DNA from: a bacterium
GTDB taxonomy: Bacteria > UBA8248
NCBI GenBank assembly: GCA_965203325.1
Contig: OZ241875.1
Span: 3,456,001 to 3,520,000, forward strand
Direction: 5' to 3'
Length of the DNA: 64,000 nt
A program made the translations under genes and the position numbers. The notes under the pieces are model-generated. The model saw nothing but the letters and a program-made list of their open reading frames with translations. It was not told the origin of the DNA and did no database searches. Of this stretch, positions 1 to 14,858 are shown one piece after another (position 1 is the first letter of the stretch; every line of letters begins with the position of its first letter).

Positions 1-87
1 GTTTCCTGAATGTTTCCTGGATGTCGTGAATATCCCATGATATGGCGTAATTATTCGATTATAGGCACAAAATGTTGTGGTTATCGC

Positions 88-116
88 TTGACAACTCCCC
101 CTGAATGCGGGACATT
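88..116 (+). promoter_or_regulatory. Putative sigma70 promoter of mutL
   Basis: TTGACA(88-93)-17 bp-GACATT(111-116), upstream of GAGGA RBS and ATG at 149. Confidence 0.5.
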
Positions 117-148
117 GGACGGCGACGGGCAACAACACGAGGACCCCC

Positions 149-2026
149 ATGAGAAAAGAATCCCGCATACGCATACTTCCCGAATCGCTCGCGAACCAGA
201 TCGCCGCAGGCGAGGTGGTGCAGCGCCCCGCCTCCGTCCTCAAGGAGTTGGTGGAGAACAGCATCGACGCGGGCGCCGAGCGGGTGGAAATCGACCTGGA
301 ATCGGGCGGCGCGGCGCGCGTTCAGGTGGTCGACGACGGGCACGGCATGAGCGAGGACGACGCGCTCTTGTGCTTGGAGCGCCACGCGACGAGCAAGATA
401 TCCACGGATTGGGACCTGGGCCGCATCGCCACCCTGGGCTTTAGAGGCGAGGCGCTGCCGAGCATCGCCGCGGTCTCGAAGATGACCATCACGACCAGGA
501 GGCCGGAGGACGCTCTGGGAACCGAAGTACGCATGGAGGGCGGCAAGCTCCAGCGCGTCACCGAGATGGGCGCCGCGCCCGGCGCGAGGGTCGAGGTGCG
601 CTCGTTGTTTTTCAACGTGCCGGCGAGGCGCAAGTTCCTGAAACGTAAAGAGACCGAGCTCGCCCGCTGCCTGGAAGTGGCGAATCAGGCGGCCATGGCG
701 AACCCGAACGTCTCGTTCGTCCTGCGCCACGGGAAGAGGACGCTGCTCGACTTGGGCGCCTCGGGAGGGCTCATGGCGCGCGCGGCGCAACTCGTGGGCG
801 AGGCGGCGGCCTCCCATCTGCTCAAGATTCCCCGCGCCGCGTCTGAGAACATGACGTTCAGCGGCTGGGCGGGCGCACCCGGGCTGAACCGCTCCACGCG
901 CGACGCGCAGTATCTGTTCGTGAACGGACGCCCCATCCGGGACCGTCTTTTCGTCCACGCGGCGTATGCGGCCTACCGCAGCTTCCTGCCGGTGAAGCGC
1001 CACCCCGTCTTCATCCTCTTTCTGGACATGCCGCCCGAGGACGTGGACGTGAATGTCCACCCCGCCAAGCAGGAGGTGCGCTTCCGCTTCGCGTCGAGCG
1101 TCTACGATCTCGTGCGGGACAGCGTCGCCGCCGTGCTGGGCGCGCGGCCCGAAAGAGTGCGGCGCGATTTCGCCCATCAGGGCGTGAGCCACGCGGCTCC
1201 GGGTGCTGCCGCAGAGGAAGGCGCCGCGCCGGCCCTGCTGGGCGGCGGGGGATATTTTGGCGATCGCGCCGCCGCCGGGGATTACGGCGCCTCCTCGGAT
1301 GAGTCCGCATCCGGCGCGCAACGCTCCGTATCGGACCCCGAGGCGATGGACCCCGCTCCGCCTGCGCCCATGACCCCGCCCGAATCGACGGCGCCCTCGC
1401 CGATCGAGCGCATGCTCGAGCCGCCCCACCCGGCGGACCCGGTGGTTCTTTCCCAATGCCGCTATCTCGGGCAGTGGGAGGAGTGCTTCTTGCTGTTCGC
1501 CTCCTCGCAGGGTCTGGTGCTCGTCGATCAGCACGCCGCGCACGAGCGGGTGCTCTACAACCGCTTCCGCGACCAGTTCAGGGAGGGCCGCGTGGACACT
1601 CAGGCGTGTCTCGTGCCCGAGGAGGTTCGCCTCCGGCCCGAGGAGGCGCTGAGCATCGAGGCGCATCGCGACGATCTGCTGCGCTCGGGCTTCGAACTAG
1701 AGTGCGCGGGTCCCGGCGAATACCGGATTCAGGCCGTGCCCGCGCTTATTGCGGACCGCGACCCCGCAGGCGCAGTGCGCCAGATCGTGGAGGGTCTGGC
1801 GGATATAGAGCAGCCCGTGAGCTTCGCGGATCTCATCGACGGCATCATCGCGAGGATGAGTTGCAAGGGCGCGGTGAAGGCGGCGCAGGCCATGCGGCCC
1901 GAGCAAGTGGCCGCCCTCGTCGAGGAACTCGAGAAGACGCCGGGCAGATGGACCTGCCCGCATGGGCGGCCCGTCATGCTCGTGATGGGCGCAGACCCCG
2001 TGAGAAGGCGCTTTTTGCGAAGCTGA
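149..2026 (+). CDS. mutL: DNA mismatch repair endonuclease MutL
   Basis: NQIAAGEVVQRP, KELVENSIDAG and GFRGEAL (GHKL ATPase); C-terminal DQHAAHER, SCK and CPHGRP motifs. Confidence 0.98.
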   Translation: MRKESRIRILPESLANQIAAGEVVQRPASVLKELVENSIDAGAERVEIDLESGGAARVQVVDDGHGMSEDDALLCLERHATSKISTDWDLGRIATLGFRGEALPSIAAVSKMTITTRRPEDALGTEVRMEGGKLQRVTEMGAAPGARVEVRSLFFNVPARRKFLKRKETELARCLEVANQAAMANPNVSFVLRHGKRTLLDLGASGGLMARAAQLVGEAAASHLLKIPRAASENMTFSGWAGAPGLNRSTRDAQYLFVNGRPIRDRLFVHAAYAAYRSFLPVKRHPVFILFLDMPPEDVDVNVHPAKQEVRFRFASSVYDLVRDSVAAVLGARPERVRRDFAHQGVSHAAPGAAAEEGAAPALLGGGGYFGDRAAAGDYGASSDESASGAQRSVSDPEAMDPAPPAPMTPPESTAPSPIERMLEPPHPADPVVLSQCRYLGQWEECFLLFASSQGLVLVDQHAAHERVLYNRFRDQFREGRVDTQACLVPEEVRLRPEEALSIEAHRDDLLRSGFELECAGPGEYRIQAVPALIADRDPAGAVRQIVEGLADIEQPVSFADLIDGIIARMSCKGAVKAAQAMRPEQVAALVEELEKTPGRWTCPHGRPVMLVMGADPVRRRFLRS

Positions 2027-2057
2027 GTCGATTTCTCGCGCGAAGCCAGTAACGCTC

Positions 2058-2086
2058 TTGACACCCGCGCCCGTGCGCAACACAAT
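2058..2086 (+). promoter_or_regulatory. Putative sigma70 promoter of guaB
   Basis: TTGACA(2058-2063)-17 bp-CACAAT(2081-2086). Confidence 0.55.
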
Positions 2087-2197
2087 GGCGAGGCAAGAAA
2101 AAGGAGGGCTATCGAGGGAGGCCTCTGATGCCGCATCCTTTTGAAGCAGCCTTTCGGTCCCGATTTCTTGCAAAAGCCATCGCCCGCCGGTGGCTGA

Positions 2198-3823
<1,626 letters not shown>

Positions 3824-4060
3824 CAGATAGAGCGTCATCCGGTGCGGCGCCCGTCGGCGTCGCGGCGGGTGGGGATAAGCGCCCGCTCCGCGTGAGCGCT
3901 TCGTCCGGCGCCCGCAAGGACGAACGCGCCGTCTCGCCGAGGGGGATGAGGTTCCGATTCGTCGACGCGGCGCTCGATACGTTGGCCGATGGCCCGGCTT
4001 GGGACGGGCTTGAGAGTGGAGGGGGAGAGGCGGTTCGTTTCGCCTCGGCCTGAACAGAAG

Positions 4061-5590
4061 ATGCGCGATCAGATACTCATCCTCGATTTCGGCTCGCAGT
4101 ACACGCAGCTCATCGCCCGGCGCGTGCGGGAGTTGAACGTGTATTGCGAGATTCACCCGTGCACACGCGACTGGCGCGAGATTACGGGTCCGCACACCAA
4201 GGGCGTCATCCTCTCGGGCGGGCCGAGCAGCGTCTACGATAACGGCTCCCCCTCGGTTGACCCCGCGCTGTTCGAGAGCGATTTCCCCATCCTGGGGATT
4301 TGCTACGGCATGCAGCTCATGACCCACCTTCTCGGCGGAAAAGTCGGTCCTTACGCCAAGAGGGAATTCGGACGCGCCGAAGTGGTGATTGAGGAGCCCG
4401 CCGGCATCTTTCTCGGCTCAGAAGGCGCCGAGACCGTCTGGATGAGCCACGGGGATACGATAGAAGCGCCGCCGCCCGGCTACAGGCCGCTCGCGCGCTC
4501 GGAGGGTTCCCCCGTGGCGGCGATGATGTCCGAAGACGGGCGGCGCTACGGCATCCAGTTTCACCCCGAAGTGGCGCATACCCCGCGCGGCAAGGAGATT
4601 CTCCATAACTTCGTGCGCAGGATTTGCGGATGCGCGGGCGATTGGACGATGCGCTCCTTCGTCGAGGAGGCGGTCGAGCGCATCAGAGAGCGGGTCGGGG
4701 ACAGGCGCGTGGTGTGCGGCCTCTCGGGCGGCGTGGATTCCTCCGTCACGGCGATGCTCGTCAAGGAGGCGATAGGCGAGCGGCTCACCTGCATCTTCGT
4801 GGACAACGGCCTGCTCCGGAAGGACGAGGCCGAGCAGGTGGTCGCGACCTTCGGCGAAAGGCTCAAACTCGTGCACGTGGACGCGAGCGGTGAGTTTCTG
4901 AGCGCGCTGCGCGGCGTGACGCACCCCGAAGCCAAGAGAAAGCGGATCGGCGAGATATTCATCCGCGTGTTCGAGCGCGAGGCGGGGCGGCTGGGCGACG
5001 TGAAGTTCCTCGCCCAGGGGACGCTCTACCCCGACGTCATCGAGAGCGTCTCGTTCAAGGGGCCTTCGGCGACCATCAAGAGCCACCACAACGTGGGCGG
5101 GCTGCCGAAGTGGATGCGGCTCGCGCTCATCGAGCCCCTGCGCGAGTTGTTCAAGGACGAGGTGCGCGAGGCGGGCCAGGAGTTGGGGCTGCCCCGCGAG
5201 ATGCTCTGGCGGCATCCGTTCCCGGGGCCGGGGCTGGCCGTGCGCGTCCTGGGCGAGGTGACGGAAAAACGCGTGAAGACCTTACAGGATGCGGACGCCA
5301 TTTTCATCGATACGCTCCGCAAGCACGATCACTACTACAAGGTCTGGCAGGCGTTCGCCGTGCTGCTGCCGGTCAACACCGTGGGCGTGATGGGCGATGC
5401 GAGAACGTATGAGAACGCCCTCGCGCTGCGGGCCGTCACCAGCCAGGACGGGATGACGGCGGACTGGGCCAGGCTTCCTCCCGATTTGCTCGCCGAGGCC
5501 TCCTCGCGCATCATCAACGAGGTGCGCGGCGTGAACCGCGTGGTCTACGACGTCTCCTCCAAGCCGCCGGGCACGATCGAGTGGGAGTAG
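4061..5590 (+). CDS. guaA: GMP synthase (glutamine-hydrolysing)
   Basis: [42 protein letters not shown]; start at ATG 4061. Confidence 0.98.
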   Translation: MRDQILILDFGSQYTQLIARRVRELNVYCEIHPCTRDWREITGPHTKGVILSGGPSSVYDNGSPSVDPALFESDFPILGICYGMQLMTHLLGGKVGPYAKREFGRAEVVIEEPAGIFLGSEGAETVWMSHGDTIEAPPPGYRPLARSEGSPVAAMMSEDGRRYGIQFHPEVAHTPRGKEILHNFVRRICGCAGDWTMRSFVEEAVERIRERVGDRRVVCGLSGGVDSSVTAMLVKEAIGERLTCIFVDNGLLRKDEAEQVVATFGERLKLVHVDASGEFLSALRGVTHPEAKRKRIGEIFIRVFEREAGRLGDVKFLAQGTLYPDVIESVSFKGPSATIKSHHNVGGLPKWMRLALIEPLRELFKDEVREAGQELGLPREMLWRHPFPGPGLAVRVLGEVTEKRVKTLQDADAIFIDTLRKHDHYYKVWQAFAVLLPVNTVGVMGDARTYENALALRAVTSQDGMTADWARLPPDLLAEASSRIINEVRGVNRVVYDVSSKPPGTIEWE

Positions 5591-5625
5591 GGTAATGAAA
5601 TAAAAATCGATAGGTTAGGTGGATT

Positions 5626-6375
5626 TCACTTTTTCTTTATCTCCATCAGATTGATTTTGTCGAAATCCACTACGGAGATTCTTTCGCCGGTCGCCTCTTC
5701 GTCGCCGGGCCGGTATATCCCGAATTTGAAATGCGGCTCTCCGCATGACTCAACAGCAAAATCTCCCTCGTCCACGAGTTTTTCCTCATTGAAATACAGG
5801 CTGTAATACGATTCCGTTAAATAAACCTCCAGCTTTACGTCTATCCATTTCCCGATGAATTCACTGATGTGTACCTTCCTCGTAAAACGCTCGTTCCAGA
5901 TTTTGCTTATCAGGCGGCCGTTCGAGAATTTGAACATCAACGGAGGGCCGACCCTGCAACCTGCGACAGATTGGTGCATCTGAAAAAAATCTTCTCTTTC
6001 GTAGGTAAATCCCTTCACGAACCGAACCCTGAAGGTGAGCGTATAGTCCGTATCTTTTTTCAAAGAGGCAGTCTGTTTTATTTCCGCCCGCTCCCAGTAT
6101 GGCGCGCCGTGCCTGGCCCCGGCATCGGTGCCGCATCCTCCCACCTGTTTGTTTTTGAGGGTGAATCGCAAGAACGTCTCTTTTCCCTCCGTTACCCATC
6201 TTGCGGAAGAGGATTCCGGGAGACCGCAGTTGTCGTAAAACTCGACGTTCCAGTCTTTGTCACGGTAGGTTGTACTGCCGGCCGTGTCGAAATACCAGGC
6301 GGATGAAATCCCGTCTGATGAAGTTTTACATCCCGCCAAAAAGACGATAATAATCAGGAGCAGGAATTTGCGCAT
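5626..6375 (-). CDS. Lipoprotein, polysaccharide lyase / heparin lyase I-like
   Basis: Lipobox LAGC; ERAE, FFQMH and HFKFGIYR resemble beta-jelly-roll polysaccharide lyase motifs; more AT-rich than its neighbours. Confidence 0.6.
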   Translation of the reverse strand: MRKFLLLIIIVFLAGCKTSSDGISSAWYFDTAGSTTYRDKDWNVEFYDNCGLPESSSARWVTEGKETFLRFTLKNKQVGGCGTDAGARHGAPYWERAEIKQTASLKKDTDYTLTFRVRFVKGFTYEREDFFQMHQSVAGCRVGPPLMFKFSNGRLISKIWNERFTRKVHISEFIGKWIDVKLEVYLTESYYSLYFNEEKLVDEGDFAVESCGEPHFKFGIYRPGDEEATGERISVVDFDKINLMEIKKK

Positions 6376-6576
6376 TTTTTCTCCGGTTTTCTTCGAGTTT
6401 TTGGAAAAGGGACGCTATCCGGAATTTTAGATGTCCGAGTTGAAAAAGCAAGCAGGAGCGATAGGATAGCTCCAAGTGTAATGTATTTAGAATCAATTAG
6501 TTACAACAAATCGCCTGTTTTCTCTATCGTATAGCCCGTCGCCGCGTCTGAAATCCTCTTTGGGAGTCAAAATAAA

Positions 6577-6855
6577 ATGTATCCCGCATTGAATACCTCG
6601 CTCGTTATGGTTTCGCTGTTTTTCCTCGCTTCGCTTCTTCCGGCAGCGAGCGCCCATGCCCATGAGGCGGATTATCCCCACCTGCACATCGCCCAAAGCG
6701 GCCACGGGGAAAAAGGCCATGGGCATCACATGGGCAGGCCCGACGGGCATGAGATGAAACGAACCGACGGGACGAAGAATGGCGGTGGCGCGATGAAGCG
6801 TTCCGAGGAGGCGCTTCCCGAGGACTACAAGAACCCGCCGGACGCGGGGAACTGA
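6577..6855 (+). CDS. Short exported His-rich protein, possibly truncated
   Basis: Signal peptide ending ASAHA followed by a His/Gly/Met-rich tract. Confidence 0.45.
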   Translation: MYPALNTSLVMVSLFFLASLLPAASAHAHEADYPHLHIAQSGHGEKGHGHHMGRPDGHEMKRTDGTKNGGGAMKRSEEALPEDYKNPPDAGN

Positions 6856-6859
6856 AGCC

Positions 6860-7225
6860 TTGCTCATTTGGACGCATTTCATTCTGGCGGTGCTGGCGAT
6901 TGGATTGGGCGCCGTCAATCTCGCGTCGGCGAAGGGAACGCCCAGGCACCGCGTCATCGGCTGGTGCTGGATGGTCGTGATGACCTACGTCACGGTCTCC
7001 TCATTCTGGATACGCGAACTCAACGACGGCGCGTTCAGCTGGATACACCTGCTGACGATCTGGACGATTTTCTCCATGGTGATGGCCGTGGTCTCGATAC
7101 GGCGGGGGAATGTGCGGCGGCATGCGGCGTTCATGACGGGCACGATGATAGGCGCCCTCATCGCGGGCGGGTTCGCCATGATGCCCGGCCGGTTCATTAG
7201 CCACCTGTTCGGGTACGGCGGGTGA
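6860..7225 (+). CDS. DUF2306-like membrane protein
   Basis: H...LG...KGTPRHRVIG, SSFWI, SWIHLL and PGR motifs; about four hydrophobic helices; start codon uncertain. Confidence 0.75.
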   Translation: MLIWTHFILAVLAIGLGAVNLASAKGTPRHRVIGWCWMVVMTYVTVSSFWIRELNDGAFSWIHLLTIWTIFSMVMAVVSIRRGNVRRHAAFMTGTMIGALIAGGFAMMPGRFISHLFGYGG

Positions 7226-7404
7226 TCCGCCGCGGACGGGAATGCGCCTTCCCTCGGCAAGCAGCAAGGGAGATGGCGGCGGCGGGTTTCAAGCGAGAGG
7301 CAGAAAGAAGTAAACTGAAAGGGCTTCACCGTAAGCAGTAAGCCGATAAGAGCAGGCCAGTATTAAAGTACGCCCCTATTAAAACCCGCCCCCGGGGAAT
7401 CGAC

Positions 7405-10828
<3,424 letters not shown>

Positions 10829-10836
<8 letters not shown>

Positions 10837-11530
10837 ACCCTCCATCGGAGCCGCCTTCCTGGGGCGGGTGGGGTTCCACGAGGCCTGGGACTTGCAGAAA
10901 CGCCTGTGGACCGAGCGCGCCGAGGGCCGCCTCGGGGAGGACGTTTTTCTCTTTCTGGAGCACGACCCGGTCATGACGCTGGGCAAGGGGGGCAGCGAGG
11001 CGAACGTGCTTCTGAGGCGCTCGCCCGTCGACGGCGCGGAGGTTCCCCTCGTGCGGATCAACCGGGGCGGCGAGGTGACCTTTCACGGTCCGGGCCAGTT
11101 GATGCTCTACGCCATATGCGACCTCCGCGAGTGGGAGCGCGACGTACACCTCCACTGCAGGAGGCTCGAGGAGGTATTTCGGCGCTATCTGGAGAGAAAG
11201 GGGTTTCATGCCGAGAGAAGACCGGGAAATCCGGGCCTTTGGGTGAATGACGAGAAAATTCTCGCTTTGGGCGTCGGCGCGAGACGCTGGGTGACGATGC
11301 ACGGGGTTTCGTTCAACGCATCGCCGGATCTCAGATATTTCGAGATGATGCACCCATGCGGCGAGGTGGGCGGACGCACGACTTCCCTCGAAAAACTCCA
11401 GGGGGGTTCACCGCCGTTGCCCGAACTCGTGGGGGATTTGCTCCCCGTTTGCGCGGAAGTGTTCGATGCGCACATCACGATGGAAACCGACCCGGCGCGG
11501 GTCGTTGGAGCTCTTCGAAGTGTTTCATGA
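10829..11530 (+). CDS. lipB: Lipoyl(octanoyl) transferase
   Basis: EHDPVMTLG, RGGEVTFHGPGQL, KILALG, TMHG, PCG; probable TTG start overlapping the dnaE end. Confidence 0.92.
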
Positions 11531-12344
11531 ATCCAGAAATCCGAGTAGCGGAAAGTGGACTTTCGCCGCGAGCCTGACGGGCGTTTTTCTGTTGCTCGCC
11601 GCAGCGCAGGCGTTCGCGGCCACGAGCTTCGTCGAATGGGGCTTTACGACCAAGGCGTGGGATCTTCTGAAGAAGGGGGGCTATACGATGATCCCCCTGG
11701 GGCTGTGCTCGGTCGTCGCGCTCATGGTGACGCTCGAGCGGCTCATTTCTCTCAGGCGAAAGAAAGTCCTGCCCGATGCCCTGGTGAGCGCTTCGGAGAG
11801 ATACTGGCGGGGTGGTGATTTCGAGGGAGCCGCCGGTGTCTGCGAGCGGTTCGACTCACCGCTCGCGCGCGTTCTCAAGGCGGGGCTGGCGAGGCGGAGG
11901 CTGGGGATCGGCGAGATGGAGCGCGCCATGGTCGGCGCGGGCCAGCACGAATCGACCGTCTTGTCGCGCAACCTCCGCGGTCTGGGCGTCATCGCGAACC
12001 TGGCGCCGATGCTGGGCCTGTTCGGCACCGTCGTCGGCATGATTCGCGCCTTCGACGTCATCAGCCGCGCCGGTACGGGGAACCCGAATCTGGTGGCGGA
12101 GGGGATATCCGAAGCGCTTTTGACGACGGCGGCGGGCCTTATGATCGGCATTCCGGCTCTAGCGGCGTATCACTTTTTCCGCTCGCGCAGCGGCCGCCTC
12201 CTGTTCGAAATGGAATCGGTCGCTCTGTCGCTTTTGCAGAACCTGGCGGCGCAATCCGGCGAACCCGGCGGGAACACGAATGATGCGCTCCAGGACGAGG
12301 CGCAGGGTCTGGAGAGCGTGAGACCGCAGGGCGAGGATATGTGA
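11520..12344 (+). CDS. exbB: MotA/TolQ/ExbB proton channel protein
   Basis: APMLGLFGTVVGMI and GISEALLTTAAGL; start approximate. Confidence 0.88.
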   Translation: MFHESRNPSSGKWTFAASLTGVFLLLAAAQAFAATSFVEWGFTTKAWDLLKKGGYTMIPLGLCSVVALMVTLERLISLRRKKVLPDALVSASERYWRGGDFEGAAGVCERFDSPLARVLKAGLARRRLGIGEMERAMVGAGQHESTVLSRNLRGLGVIANLAPMLGLFGTVVGMIRAFDVISRAGTGNPNLVAEGISEALLTTAAGLMIGIPALAAYHFFRSRSGRLLFEMESVALSLLQNLAAQSGEPGGNTNDALQDEAQGLESVRPQGEDM

Positions 12345-12744
12345 TGCGCTTTCAGGGCGACTCGGAAGAAGACTACAGCCTCCAGCTCACCTCGCTCATC
12401 GACGTCGTTTTCTTGCTCCTCATCTTTTTCATGGTTTCGACCTCTTTCGTGGATTTCACCCGCAGCTCGACATCGAACTGCCTGAAGCCAAATCGAGCGC
12501 CGAGGTGGTGGAGAAAAAATCGTTTCTCATCGAGGTCGGCGTGGAGAAGCGAATCACCTTGAACGGAAAAACGGTGCTGCTCGATGACCTCGAAAGCCGG
12601 TTGAAAACGGGCGTCGAGAGCGGGAAGTTCAAGCCCTCCCTCACGATCAAGGCGGACAAGCGCCTCGATTATGGCTATGTGATCAAGGTGATGGGCCTCA
12701 TCTCCGGGGCGGGCGTTCGGGACATCTCGCTGGCCACGAAATAG
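12341..12744 (+). pseudogene. exbD: ExbD/TolR biopolymer transport protein, frameshifted near 12460-12463
   Basis: 5' frame reads LTSLIDVVFLLLIFFMVST; the -1 frame continues QLDIELPEAKS...IKADKRLDYGYVIKVM. Could be a sequencing error. Confidence 0.8.
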
Positions 12745-12838
12745 CGCTGAAGCGGTTTCGGGCGCGGCGTGAAACATCCGGCCTGTTTTTATGTGGGAGA
12801 AAAGCGTGAACCAAAGGCGGGCCGATTCCACCGTTTCG

Positions 12839-13468
12839 ATGCCGCGTGGGGCCGAAACCACCACGCGCGTTCTACTGCTCAGACACGGTGCGGCGGAAGG
12901 CTCGAAAGAGGGGTTTTTCTACGGCAGCACCGACGCGCCGCTCCTCCCTGAGGGCGAGGCGCAGGTGCGGGAAGCGGCGGCGCGCGTCCGGGGCTGGCTC
13001 ATGGAGAGTGAAACCGCCCTTTACGCCAGCTCGCTCACCCGCTCCATGAGGACGGCGGAGATTCTTTCCGGCGCGATGGGGTTGAGCCTCAAGCCCGTGG
13101 TCGTTCCCGACATCGCCGAGCTTCACCTGGGCGATTGGGAGGGGGAGACGTACGCCAGCCTCAACGAAAAAGAACCCGAGCGGCTGGACGAGCATTACAG
13201 GAATTTCGTCCACTCCAAACCGCCGGGCGGCGGGGAGTGCGTGGCCGATCTTGCAGCGCGCGCCTTGCCCGCGTTTCGCGAAATCTGTGCCCGGGAGAAG
13301 GACAAAAACGTCATCGTCTGCGCCCATGCGGCGGTGAACCGGGTGATCCTGTGCGATGCGCTGGGCGCCCCGCTCGAGAGCTTTTTTCGGCTGGAGCAGG
13401 ACTTCGCCGCCCTGAACGTGATTGATCTGCGCGAGAATGCGCCCCTCGTCCGCGTCATGAACGTCTAA
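12839..13468 (+). CDS. Histidine phosphatase family protein (CobC/GpmB-like)
   Basis: LLRHG, GDWEG, GGE and AHAAVNR motifs; start uncertain (12791 or 12839). Confidence 0.88.
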   Translation: MPRGAETTTRVLLLRHGAAEGSKEGFFYGSTDAPLLPEGEAQVREAAARVRGWLMESETALYASSLTRSMRTAEILSGAMGLSLKPVVVPDIAELHLGDWEGETYASLNEKEPERLDEHYRNFVHSKPPGGGECVADLAARALPAFREICAREKDKNVIVCAHAAVNRVILCDALGAPLESFFRLEQDFAALNVIDLRENAPLVRVMNV

Positions 13469-13537
13469 CGCGCCGCGCGCCTCGGGTGTAGGGCCTCGAA
13501 AGAGACGTTTCTAACGACGATTACCCAGAAAACGCGC

Positions 13538-13591
13538 TCAGGTTTTTTCTTCTCTGGCCGCTTCGTCCATGGCCGATAAGTCGATGACCAT
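13538..13591 (-). pseudogene. VapC (PIN toxin) N-terminal remnant
   Basis: ATG overlaps the antitoxin stop (TGATG); encodes MVIDLSAMDEAAREEKT*, resembling the MVIDTSA start of VapC. Confidence 0.6.
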
Positions 13592-13845
13592 CAAGCGGGC
13601 AAACCGCCTTCGTTATACCCGATGAGCTCATCGGCGCTTTGCTCATTACGCCTCGGCAGCCTGGCGCAAAAGAGGGCGATGCGGTCGAGTTCATCGGCAA
13701 GCGGTGTCCCGCCTTGGATCTTCTCCACCTGCGCCAGCTTCTCCTGTATGGCGCGCTTGACGGCCTTGGCCATGGATTCTCCGGTCAGGCCCGCAAGTTT
13801 TTTCGCCAGCGCATGGGTGTCGGCATCCTTGATGTTGAGTTGCAT
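13591..13845 (-). CDS. vapB: Type II TA antitoxin, VapB / Rv0623-like
   Basis: MQLNIKD..THALAKKLA.LTGESM..AV..A and C-terminal DELIGYNE.GLP typical of this family. Confidence 0.85.
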   Translation of the reverse strand: MQLNIKDADTHALAKKLAGLTGESMAKAVKRAIQEKLAQVEKIQGGTPLADELDRIALFCARLPRRNEQSADELIGYNEGGLPA

Positions 13846-13889
13846 TACTTTATCCTCGATAAAGTTGTAAAAGACCGCGTCCTGAAGTT

Positions 13890-14858
13890 TTACTTCCCCC
13901 TGAAGGCTTTGATGATCGCCGCCCCCTCGGCGCCTGCGGCCTTGGCCCATTCGGCGGACATGGTTTCGCCGATTTTGGCCAGATCGGCGGCGAGTTGCTC
14001 ACCCGGCTTATCCACACTCATGCCGCCTGCGGCGAGTTGTTCGAGATAAAAGCCGGTCAACTCGCGCGCCCGCGCCGTTCCCGCCGCTTCGGCCAGCAGC
14101 GCCGAGGAGCGCAGGCAGTTTCGGGCGTGTGCGTCGAGCGCATCGAAGGCGCGTTTGCCCGCGAACACGTAGTTGCGCGGCAGCCAGGCGCGCAAATCGT
14201 AGAAATGGCTCATCCGTTTCCAGAGCTTGTGGTAATAACCGGTCGCGCTCGAGGTGATGAAGGCCTCCACCTTCCCGCTTGCGAGCGCCCGGTCGAGTTC
14301 GGCGAGTTCGATGTGGACCGAGGGCATTCCGGCGAGAGCAGCGAATCGCGCCGTCGCGGCGTTGTAGGCGCGGAACTTGATACCGCGCATGTCGGCGACG
14401 CCGCCGACCGCGCGCTTGAAATACATTCCCTGCGGCGGCCAGGGCACGGAGTAGAGCAGCACGAGGTTCTGCGCGGCGAGAATCTTCGTCAACCGGCCCT
14501 TTGCCGCACGCCAGAGCTTCTCGGACGCCTCGAAAGAAGTAGCCAGCAGCGGCACGGAGTCGAAGCCGAAGACGGCGTTTTCGTTCTGGTGCGCGCTCAG
14601 CAGTCGCTCGCCGATGGGCGCTTTGCCGTCCTGGACGGCGCGCTTTATCTCGCCGCCCTTGATGAGGGAACCGCCGGGATGCACGGCGATATCGAGTTTC
14701 CCTCCGGTGCATACGCCCACCGCCTCGGCGAAGAGTCTGGCGTTTTGCGTGTGGTAGTTGGCGTCTCCATACGCCGTCGGCATGTTCCATTTCTCCGCCG
14801 CGTGGGCCGCGCCCGCCCAGAGGAGCAGGCCCACGGCCAGTCCCGTCCACCATTTCAT
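13890..14858 (-). CDS. TRAP transporter substrate-binding protein (DctP family)
   Basis: Signal peptide (AAHA), WNMPTAY, HPGGSL, VPWPPQG, GIKFRAYN. Confidence 0.9.
   Translation of the reverse strand: MKWWTGLAVGLLLWAGAAHAAEKWNMPTAYGDANYHTQNARLFAEAVGVCTGGKLDIAVHPGGSLIKGGEIKRAVQDGKAPIGERLLSAHQNENAVFGFDSVPLLATSFEASEKLWRAAKGRLTKILAAQNLVLLYSVPWPPQGMYFKRAVGGVADMRGIKFRAYNAATARFAALAGMPSVHIELAELDRALASGKVEAFITSSATGYYHKLWKRMSHFYDLRAWLPRNYVFAGKRAFDALDAHARNCLRSSALLAEAAGTARARELTGFYLEQLAAGGMSVDKPGEQLAADLAKIGETMSAEWAKAAGAEGAAIIKAFRGK

Noticed and set aside
1..40. Short tandem GTTTCCTG(A/G)AT repeat, giving GGA motifs on the minus strand
   Set aside because: Only two copies at the window edge; too little context to call a CsrA-type RNA or an operator
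59..1666. Long antisense and alternate-frame ORFs (e.g. 59-1666, 2462-4327, 7930-10182, 34022-35632, 44520-46346, 63226-63978)
   Set aside because: Shadows of real GC-rich genes on the opposite strand or in another frame; no recognisable motifs
6853..6855. Sec readthrough at the TGA ending the His-rich ORF
   Set aside because: The in-frame continuation is an unrecognisable shadow of the DUF2306 gene, with no redox motif context
12450..12470. Programmed -1 frameshift in exbD
   Set aside because: No slippery heptamer or obvious stimulatory structure; an error or point deletion is simpler
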